A program made the position numbers and the translations under genes. A stretch of DNA of 22,827 bases from Promethearchaeota archaeon (GTDB taxonomy: Archaea > Asgardarchaeota > Lokiarchaeia > Sigyniarchaeales > SOKP01). The notes below the pieces were generated by a model that saw only the letters and a list, made by a program, of their open reading frames with translations, searched no databases and was not told where the DNA came from. Positions 1 through 7,372 of this stretch are shown in pieces. The DNA lies in NCBI GenBank assembly GCA_029838195.1, contig JALGVJ010000050.1, positions 1 through 22,827 of the forward strand, written 5' to 3'. Each line of letters opens with the position of its first letter. Position 1 is the stretch's first letter.

Positions 1-1430
1 GAGCACCCGCTCATCCCAATTGGAACCCGTTTCATACCGGGAGTTATAGAATATATAATCACCCGCGTGCTCAAAATAGGGGAATCGATTAGACGGGTGT
101 GGCAAGATTTAAAGGAGCTCCATTTGGTTAAAGTGTCGAACTCCATAGTCCAGTGATGGGTCAACGAGCACGGAAATAGAAACTATCTTCCCATCGATTT
201 AAGTGAGGAGACACTCCTTCCTAATTTCTCAAGCTTTCTTTCCTTGGACGGAACCTTTAAATCGGTGAACGTAAAAAAAATGACCTCTCCCCCGTACGAA
301 AAAGCCCGGATTACTGCTCGCCACGGATTCCTTGCGAAATGTACCCCTTACAGGGGCTCTCATCACGGGGGAAAAGGAAGAGGAGGTGGCCTTTTTGTTG
401 AAAATGCTGAAACAATGGCTCCCAAAGCACGTTTCATTCATGATCATCGATTTCTCCTCCTGCCTTCAGCCAGGTGTGGATGAAATATTTCTTGATGCGT
501 TTCTCCAAAAATGTGCGTTTCACGCCATTCAATTGCTCACTCGAAGGTTGCTGAAAGAACTTAGCCGTATTAAAAAGCTCCACCTCACGACTCACGTTGC
601 AGAATGGAACGCCTTGCGCAAGGATTCCTTCCACGCGGAAAAAAAAGCACTTTTCTCGTGAACGCTCCTTTTTCTTTTCCCGATGTTGAACACTCCCGGC
701 AAATCCTGCGTGCGCTCAAAAAATGCAATTCACGCCCTAAACCCGAACATTTAAAAAGGCATTGCTCCATCTCTTTACCTCGACCATTTTTACTGCGTGG
801 AAGGGGCATCAAGCCTTTTTAGCGAATTACCAAGCGTTCTTTTATGCCCAAAAACTCAAATTTACCAAGAAAGGCGTTCATTATATCCGTGCATTCCTTT
901 ACAAGCAATTCCGGAGTGTCATCCGGAGCCTCCGCAAGGTCATGGAAGAGAAAAAGGTGCATTTTAACCGGGCTAAATATTTGCTTTTAATGAATCCCGT
1001 GAACATAAGTTCTTGGCATCATCGTCAGCTTCGAGAATGCCTCAAGGAATTTCCCTGGCTTCGCCCTTATAGGCGCACGGTGGTGAAATTTTATTATCAA
1101 TTTCGGTTTCCTCCCGAGAAACGAGCGTCCCTCTGATTCCTTTTAGGCTTATTAAAACTTGGTATGCATACTTAGTTAAAAAGCGCCATATTGACTTTAT
1201 TAAACAATGAGGAGAACGTGTTTCGGTTCCAATATTTTCATGAGCTTTTCCCTCGGCGTGCCTTTTCTCCCTTCATTAAGGTGGTTAACGAGTCGAGCAA
1301 TAAGTTGATGAATATCTTGTATCAAACCTGGTGCGGGATGCGCACTCTTGAAAATATTCGCATAAGAGTATAACATCGTCTTGGATGTCCCGTGATTGTC
1401 TCGCCTGCTTTGTTGGAAAAACTACAATAA
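1..1430 (+). mobile_element. Degraded DDE transposase pseudogene, ISL3/IS256(Mutator)-like with helical insertion; 5' end lies outside the window
   Basis: The pieces join across frames into one transposase. Frame 1: HTH-like SIRRVWQDLKELHLVKVSNSIVQ*WV (TGA 154-156) and first Asp LDGTFK (244). Frame 2: LLLATDSLRNVPLTGALITGEKEEE, second Asp IIDFS, and the (C/D)xxH motif QKCAFH. Frame 3: KYLLLMNP..LRECLKEFPWL and the ISL3-like C-terminal NESSNKLMNILYQTWCGMRTLENIRIR with the catalytic Glu. In-frame stops at 154, 1134, 1173 and 1371; at least 3 frameshifts; terminal TAA 1428-1430. GC is visibly higher than in the flanks. Confidence 0.85.
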
Positions 1431-1498
1431 GAAACTAATATTTATGAAATATACTCTTATTTTTTTGAATTTTACTTTTGATTTTCTTTTGATTTTAA

Positions 1499-2041
1499 AA
1501 TTGTGAACTTCATATAAATTCAATTGACTTTGTCATTCATTTCACGCATAAATTTGGATATCCATTAGCAATTCTGATGCGAGAAGAAAAAATCGAGGAT
1601 TTATTTAAAATTAATGGTGTTCCCACTAAATTCCTCCGATAGTGTACTCGAATATTCAAAATCGAGCCTACAATGTTGTTTTATAAGATATTCTTAGAAT
1701 CTGGAATTACAAAGTAAAGAGCGAGAGAAAATGAACCCGAAAATAGTTTTAGATAAAAAGAGTCAAAAACATTCAAGATTTACAGATAATTACCGACTTT
1801 TCATGAAACAGAGAAAGATAGCTTAAAGAGGATGGAAAAAGCAGGAATCTAGCCTTTTAATCATTTTATTCGTTCATTTAACAGATATGGATGCTTTTAA
1901 TGCCCGTTTACGGGAGAACAATATTATCAAGACCTTAAAATCAAATGCCCCGAGATTTATAAGCGCTGAGAAGAGCTAATGGTATTGGGTTCGGATGAGG
2001 GAGAACACTATTATTTTTTCCGTAAATCTGAAATCTTATAA
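1499..2041 (+). pseudogene. PAPS-reductase-family (PP-loop adenine nucleotide alpha-hydrolase) pseudogene, 5'-truncated
   Basis: Manual translation, mostly frame 2: NCELHINSIDFV..FGYPLAIL..GVPTKFLR*CTRIFKIEP (GxP..RWCT..K..P motif, TAG 1640 at the Trp position), then SGI / frameshift / QSKEREKM (GIR..ES..R motif), then LPTFHETEKD..AGI*PFNHFIRSFNRYGCF*CPF (RxGCxxCP motif), LKIKCPEIYKR*EEL, ending at TAA 2039-2041. The N-terminal SGGKDS PP-loop is absent. Confidence 0.8.
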
Positions 2042-2183
2042 TTCTAATTATAATTTTTTAATTCTTGGAGGCGTAAGTATATTTTTCTCAATTCAGTTCG
2101 AACTCTTTGGCTTGGCTTCTGTATCAGTTTAAATTCGTCACACAATGAAAACAATTTAGGGGGTTTAAATTATTCTAACTAAT

Positions 2184-4268
2184 TTAAGATGGCTCAAATA
2201 AATTTGAAGTTGGATCTAAAAACTTATTTTGACAAGATGGGCACGAGTTATATTTTGAAAGCCAAAATGCCACGCAGAGATAATGATACACGATTTCGCA
2301 AAAAGGACATTTAATTATTTTATCTCGGGCAAAATTGATCTCTTTTCGGCACACGCCACATTTTACTCCCGTCTTTAAAATTCCTTCTTTAATCTTAACC
2401 CGTTTGGTTAGAATCTTCTCAATTTTATCGTGTTCTTGTTGATATAAGAGCATTTTTTTATTCAAGTCATTGATTTTCGCTTGAATCTCTACGAGACGAT
2501 CTCTTAATTCATCATCCGTAAAGCGTTCTAACAACTCATTCATGGTATAATTAAGAGGTAGGACCTCTTCCCCTGAAATCTTATCTTCTCCTCGGATTTC
2601 CATGAGCTCATTAAAAATGGAAGATTCTTCCTCCATGAATTCCTTAAAATCTTTTAGAAGTTTAGTTATGAACATCGATAGTAAAAAACCTTGCTGAGTT
2701 TTTTTGGAAGAGAAGTTTTGTTCCCATCGCTTGATGATGGGAAAGAGGTCAATATCTTCGGATTTATATTGTTGAAGCAAGTCATGGATTTCTGTTTTAA
2801 TCTTCTTAATTCTCTTTGCTTGGTTTGTTAAAAGTTCACGAATTTTTTGTAATTCTGGAAATTCTTTATTAATGACGGAAAAGATATTTTCTTGGAAAAC
2901 CGTAGTGAACTCATTGATTTCCTGGATTTTCTTTTCAATAAATTCTTTAATTTCCGCTCGTAATTTCTCGTTTTTTATCGATTTAACATAATTACTGAAA
3001 TCTTCTTTCTTTCGCAAGATTTCTTCTTCCAAATTGAATATAGTTTTTTTCAAGGAACTTAAAATTGTTTCATGTGGTCTCAACAGTGACTCAATTATTA
3101 AGAGGTTTTCCTTAATATTTTCCAGAAATGTGTGTAAATTATCTAAATCATTGGTGTATTGTTGAATAATATCCTCATAGTTCTTTAATTCATTCGGTTC
3201 TTCAATTAAGATTTGATATTCTTCTTCTAACAACTCAAAACAAGTCGATGAAAAATGTGACAATAATTCTATAGCGGATATTTCGGGATTCATGAGATCA
3301 TTTATATCTTGGGATAACTTTTTTAATTTTTTCTTGAATTCTGCCTTGCTATTATTGGTCAGAACTTTTAATACCACTTGCCCTTCTTTTATAATTTGTT
3401 CCTTGATATGAGGTTCGATGAACGTCAATATTTGGTTAGAAATGTTCACCTTTTTTTTTGATACGGAAGGCATTATATCTAATTCTGATAATATGAATTC
3501 AATAAAATGATTCTCTTGGAGAAGAAATAGTAAATCCGCAATTAATCGCTCATCTTGAAATCCCCTACTCTTTAAAAAATCTATTATCTGTCGAAAACTC
3601 TTATTCGCCAATTCTGCTTTTTTTTTTTTCTTTTTTTTCCCCTTTTTGGATAGTTTCCCTCCATTTTTCGTTAAAAACTCATGAAGTTCCTTATAAAAAA
3701 CCCAATTTGTGAGCATGTCAAAATCTCGGATTATCTGGACGTTAAAATCTTTTATTTCATTAATTTTAAGCCATATCCATGAATATTTTTCTTGGATAAA
3801 CCCTGTTTGAATATCTTTTTCCCCTAATATTCGCTCAATCCTTTCCAGGAATTCTAAAGAATTCTCCGTGAATTTTACCTTCTCTTCAATTAACTCATTA
3901 GTTTTTAAAAATCTCAAGACATTACGAAAATTAATCTTGAAACTGACTAAATTATTCGAGAGATGCTCCAAATCTTCTTTTATATTCAATTTCAAAAAGG
4001 AGTAATGATACCCATTTGTGTTCGAAGATTTTGATGCTTTAATTAAAAATTCCCGCACGAAAACCTCCAACTCTGATAAATGGCAGTAAATCAGCTCTAA
4101 CTGTTCGAAAGGAAATAATTCAATAAGATACTCCCTTAACGAATTCTTTCCCTCCTCCGTGGTTTCCTTCGTTAATTTAGAAAGATTTTCTTTTACTGAT
4201 AAAATTTGTTCCTTCGTAAATCCTTGAATTTCTTTTATCTCCTTTGTTAAAATGCTCGAAAAATTCAA
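2184..4268 (-). CDS. Long helical/coiled-coil protein with C-terminal C4HC3 RING finger (putative E3 ubiquitin ligase)
   Basis: 694 aa, rich in E/K/L/I heptads. C-terminal C-x2-C-x13-C-x2-C-x4-H-x2-C-x10-C-x2-C (CGVC..CPFCEIVYHYLCVAFWLSKYNSCPSC, about 2232-2360) with the conserved Trp and CP. TTG start preceded by GTGAT. Internal poly-Lys tract. Confidence 0.85.
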   Translation of the reverse strand: MNFSSILTKEIKEIQGFTKEQILSVKENLSKLTKETTEEGKNSLREYLIELFPFEQLELIYCHLSELEVFVREFLIKASKSSNTNGYHYSFLKLNIKEDLEHLSNNLVSFKINFRNVLRFLKTNELIEEKVKFTENSLEFLERIERILGEKDIQTGFIQEKYSWIWLKINEIKDFNVQIIRDFDMLTNWVFYKELHEFLTKNGGKLSKKGKKKKKKKAELANKSFRQIIDFLKSRGFQDERLIADLLFLLQENHFIEFILSELDIMPSVSKKKVNISNQILTFIEPHIKEQIIKEGQVVLKVLTNNSKAEFKKKLKKLSQDINDLMNPEISAIELLSHFSSTCFELLEEEYQILIEEPNELKNYEDIIQQYTNDLDNLHTFLENIKENLLIIESLLRPHETILSSLKKTIFNLEEEILRKKEDFSNYVKSIKNEKLRAEIKEFIEKKIQEINEFTTVFQENIFSVINKEFPELQKIRELLTNQAKRIKKIKTEIHDLLQQYKSEDIDLFPIIKRWEQNFSSKKTQQGFLLSMFITKLLKDFKEFMEEESSIFNELMEIRGEDKISGEEVLPLNYTMNELLERFTDDELRDRLVEIQAKINDLNKKMLLYQQEHDKIEKILTKRVKIKEGILKTGVKCGVCRKEINFARDKIIKCPFCEIVYHYLCVAFWLSKYNSCPSCQNKFLDPTSNLFEPS

Positions 4269-4382
4269 GATGATATCACGAAAAAACCTCGTTAAAATCT
4301 ATAATAAAAAGGTTCGCTTGATAAATATTAAATTCTAAAAAAAGATTAATTTTTCTCTTTAAAGAGAAAAATCATGTAAAAC

Positions 4383-5000
4383 TCATTCACCAAGCTCTTC
4401 AATCTCAATTGATTTCTCTCTCGCACCTTCACTAGTTATGATTAAAATATCAATTCCATTACCACTCATAGCATCCCGCGTGATGCTGTTCCTGATGGTC
4501 TTTTCTACTAACTTCTCTCCCTCAGCAACCGTGATATCTGGCTTGTATTCGGCCTCTAGAATTCCCACCGACATCAACATGCCTGTTCCCGCAACACCAT
4601 AATCATCCGGCAATAACGACCCTATCGCATCCAGGGTATATAGTTTAGGCCCATCTTTATCCACGCCGGCTATGATGATATTCGTATAAAGAGGAAACAT
4701 TTTCCTCGAATATAGATAATTTGAAACCAATTTTCCTATACTTTGGGTGGATATGGGCTCACCCGCATCCAATTCATATAAATTGGCTTGCGCTTGTAAA
4801 ATCTTTACCAATATTTGAAAATCTCCAATTAATCCATACGCCGCTAATCCAATAGTATCCGTTATTTTGAATACTTTCTTCGTAGACTTGTTCGTCACCG
4901 TATATCCCCACGTAGCTCTCTTATCACTTCCTAATACAACGCCATCTTTACACTTGATTCCAACAGACGCTGCTCCTGGAACCATTATCTCTTGTCCCAT
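4383..5000 (-). CDS. psmB: 20S proteasome beta subunit, predicted non-catalytic (Thr1->Ala)
   Basis: Ntn-hydrolase motifs VGIKCKDGVVLGSDKRAT, KKVFKITD, GLIGD, IIAGVDKDGPKLYTLDAIGS, GTG and RDAMSGNG. The processing site reads PG-AAS instead of G-TTT. Confidence 0.95.
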   Translation of the reverse strand: MGQEIMVPGAASVGIKCKDGVVLGSDKRATWGYTVTNKSTKKVFKITDTIGLAAYGLIGDFQILVKILQAQANLYELDAGEPISTQSIGKLVSNYLYSRKMFPLYTNIIIAGVDKDGPKLYTLDAIGSLLPDDYGVAGTGMLMSVGILEAEYKPDITVAEGEKLVEKTIRNSITRDAMSGNGIDILIITSEGAREKSIEIEELGE

Positions 5001-5616
5001 ATAATATCTCTCTCTGTTTATTGTAAATTTCTATTTTTATTACTTTAAAGGAATAAAAATTAATTAAAATTTTTCTTTTAAAATATTAATTTCTAGCTAT
5101 AATTCCCCCAAATTAAAATCTTTTTTCCCACTCAATCATGTATTTGAAATCTTATAAACTTTTTAAATTTCAATATTATTTCAAAAATTTTTTCACTCTA
5201 TCACGTGAGCTATTTTTACGGAGTTCATGATCACGATCCTATTCTCATTCTTTCCATGTCATTTGAACTACATTTATATATTTTTTTTTTTATGAACGTT
5301 CACTAATTAATGATGGATTGTAAAATGTTAATTTTTTATTTTTCAGATCCACATCATTTTAATCATGCATAATCAAGTTCATATTGGTCATGATTATTCC
5401 CTTAATAATTAGAATAGTGTACTATCTAAAAATGCTTAATAATTATTTTGTCGTACTTTTTTTTTCAATCAAATTTTTCATGCTCTCTCCATTCGCCATA
5501 ACATTTAAATATTTCTTCAGATATAATTATAACTAAGAACCTTCTAAAAAAAATTAAAAAAAAATTAAATCTATAAATTTTAAAATTTATAATTAAAATA
5601 TGTGGAGGAAAAAATT
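5001..5616. promoter_or_regulatory. Long AT-rich divergent intergenic region (psmB / histone) with candidate BRE-TATA (CGCCATAACA-TTTAAATA, about 5494-5511) and GGAGG RBS (5604-5608)
   Basis: 616 bp with no ORF in the track. TTTAAATA box about 105 bp upstream of the histone ATG. Perfect 20-bp A/T palindrome TATAAATTTTAAAATTTATA at 5572-5591. Confidence 0.5.
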
Positions 5617-5835
5617 ATGGCTAAAAAGAAAGCGAGTTTTGCATGGAGTCCAATTAGAAGATTGATGAAACAACAAGGAGCGAGCATTGTTGCGCGAGAT
5701 GCCGTTGATTTATTGATTGATCACCTTGAAAAAACTGCTGTAGGTCTTACTGAACAAGCAAGAGCGTTCACGCAACACGCAAACCGCAAGAAAATAACTA
5801 AAAATGATTTACTTTTAGCAATTAAATACAAATAA
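5617..5835 (+). CDS. Archaeal histone (HMf-type histone fold), 72 aa
   Basis: FAWSPIRRLMKQQGASIVARDAVDLLIDHLE..HANRKKITKNDLLLAIKYK aligns without gaps to HMfB (PIGRIIKDAGAERVSDDA..HAGRKTIKAEDIELA). ATG 5617 is preferred over GTG 5602 because GGAGG lies 8 nt upstream. Confidence 0.95.
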   Translation: MAKKKASFAWSPIRRLMKQQGASIVARDAVDLLIDHLEKTAVGLTEQARAFTQHANRKKITKNDLLLAIKYK

Positions 5836-5854
5836 ACGAGAAATATAAAATTCC

Positions 5855-5871
5855 TTATTTTTTTTTTATTT
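5855..5871 (+). terminator. Oligo-T archaeal terminator candidate for the histone gene
   Basis: TTATTTTTTTTTTATTT run about 20 nt after the stop codon. Confidence 0.5.
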
Positions 5872-6018
5872 ATCCCTAATTTCTCGAAAGTTAAAAGGAA
5901 AGAGTTTTGCTTTTTATTCCATTTTTTAACATGACGATATTATATGAGTATAATTTTCATGGGTTAAAATAAGTATCCAAAATTGAATAGAAATGAAAAA
6001 AAAAGTATAAATAGAAAT

Positions 6019-6456
6019 TTAAGAGGTCCATTGATAAGTGCGCGGACCTGCGAAGAGTAAAATTAGAGCAGGAAGCAAAATTGTAATCCCGCCCCACCAT
6101 TGACCAAAAATTTCCAACAAGATTCCCCAGATTAACATCCATGGGAGGTGGAAGTTTCCAAGCGTAAGATAATCTTCGTATAAGGTGTCCCATTCTTTAT
6201 TTTTACAAGGATTAGAGAAGCGGGGCCTTACAAAAATAATTGAAAGAGCTAAAGTGATTATCCCGGCAATAATTAGCCAAATTGACCATCCAAAAAGAAA
6301 TCCGAAATACCCCAAAATAATCAGCGAATAGATTCCCCAGAAAAGATAAATGGCTCCATTAATAACGCCAATGATCCAGGCAATGCCTCCTAAAAAAGAG
6401 ACAGGACTTTCTAAACCAGAGCTCCAACTGGAGCTTGACTCCTTTTTTTCACTCAT
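6019..6456 (-). CDS. Hypothetical integral membrane protein (about 4 hydrophobic segments, Trp/Gly-rich)
   Basis: Hydrophobic stretches either side of a polar loop RPRFSNPCKNKEWDTLYED. ATG 6456 has an AGGTG RBS (the track starts at GTG 6465). Confidence 0.8.
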   Translation of the reverse strand: MSEKKESSSSWSSGLESPVSFLGGIAWIIGVINGAIYLFWGIYSLIILGYFGFLFGWSIWLIIAGIITLALSIIFVRPRFSNPCKNKEWDTLYEDYLTLGNFHLPWMLIWGILLEIFGQWWGGITILLPALILLFAGPRTYQWTS

Positions 6457-6737
6457 ATTTAACACCTTAAAATTCTGAGTCTAAATTAAATTATAATTGG
6501 ATCCGGATGAGATAATATTAGTGTATAAGATATTTAAATGTAGATTTTTTCTATGCATGAAAATGTTAAAATTTTAAACTTTATTAATCGTTCAAGAAAA
6601 AGATTGATAAAAATAGCAAAGAGAGAATCCTTTTTAATTTAAAATATTTCTCATTTTGGGAATCATGAGTCTAGAATTATCGACTAAGGGAAAAGGAATT
6701 GATCCATATAAAAAAATAAAAAAGCTTAATTAATTAA

Positions 6738-7208
6738 TTAATTTATTTTAGAACCACAAAATGAACAATATGATGCTTCTTTTTTAATTAATGTTCCACA
6801 ATTTGGGCAATATACTTTTTCCGTTGTAGATTCTTTATTAAAAAAGGGTTCAGTTTCTAATTGGCCAGTTTTGTCGGAAAACCTACCCCGCAATTCTCCT
6901 CGCGCTTTTAGATCGAGAATAATGGCTTGAACGTCTTTCACACTAATCTCGGTTTTATTTGCGATCTCCTCGACCGTGGCGCCAGGATTTTGCTCGAATT
7001 CAAATTTCACGACAGTTCTTAATTTTTTGCGTGAGGTGATTCGTCGAATTTGTCCGATGAGAATTGCGCATCCAATTCCTAAAGAAATTATAGATGCCCA
7101 CCAATTTAATTCGATGAGAGAGGCAATCCCACCCCAAATAAAGGCTCCAGCAATTATAAAGCAACAAATGGACACTCCTTCACTATACATGTTTTTTTCG
7201 TATTTCAT
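6738..7208 (-). CDS. Membrane protein: 2 N-terminal TM helices + winged-helix (PCI-like) domain + C-terminal zinc ribbon
   Basis: TMs GVSICCFIIAGAFIWGGIASLI and WWASIISLGIGCAILIG; HTH ATVEEIANKTEISVKDVQAIILDLKARGELRGRFSDKTG; CPNCG..CSFCG. AGGTG RBS upstream. Confidence 0.8.
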   Translation of the reverse strand: MKYEKNMYSEGVSICCFIIAGAFIWGGIASLIELNWWASIISLGIGCAILIGQIRRITSRKKLRTVVKFEFEQNPGATVEEIANKTEISVKDVQAIILDLKARGELRGRFSDKTGQLETEPFFNKESTTEKVYCPNCGTLIKKEASYCSFCGSKIN

Positions 7209-7372
7209 AATAGCACCTAAATTTTCTACAAAAATGTAATCTCAAAAATTAAATCACTTATTTAAATCATTCCAATTTTTTTTATTTAATCATTTTTTAA
7301 AAAAATAAAGAAGATAATATTATAAAATTACTTGAGACATTTCAAATTTGAGAAGAGAATTCTTTAAATAGG

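Noticed and set aside
229-1373. Short ORFs in the track treated as separate genes (229-447, 244-483, 434-634, 585-812, 604-822, etc.)
   Set aside because: They are fragments or antisense shadows of the single broken transposase.
1431-1500. Right terminal inverted repeat or target duplication of the IS
   Set aside because: The left end is outside the window, so no repeat can be verified.
1-2041. Stop-codon recoding (Sec/Pyl or an alternative code) to explain the in-frame stops
   Set aside because: All three stop types occur together with frameshifts, and intact neighbouring genes end at TAA, TGA and TAG, so ordinary decay is simpler.
2044-2154. 36-codon minus-strand frame LFSLCDEFKLIQKPSQRVRTELRKIYLRLQELKNYN
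   Set aside because: Short, no RBS or recognisable motif; it may be a remnant but cannot be supported.
5001-5616. Structured ncRNA, tRNA or replication origin in the long spacer
   Set aside because: No cloverleaf, GC-rich stems or ORB-like G-string repeats, and no adjacent orc1/cdc6.
5812-5835. Histone C-terminal AIKYK as the equivalent of the H2B ubiquitylation site (AVTKY)
   Set aside because: The H2B site lies in the extra alphaC helix, whereas this motif ends alpha3. The similarity is superficial and not used as evidence of homology.
6726-6743. (TTAA)n microsatellite overlapping a stop codon
   Set aside because: Low-complexity A/T sequence expected at this composition.
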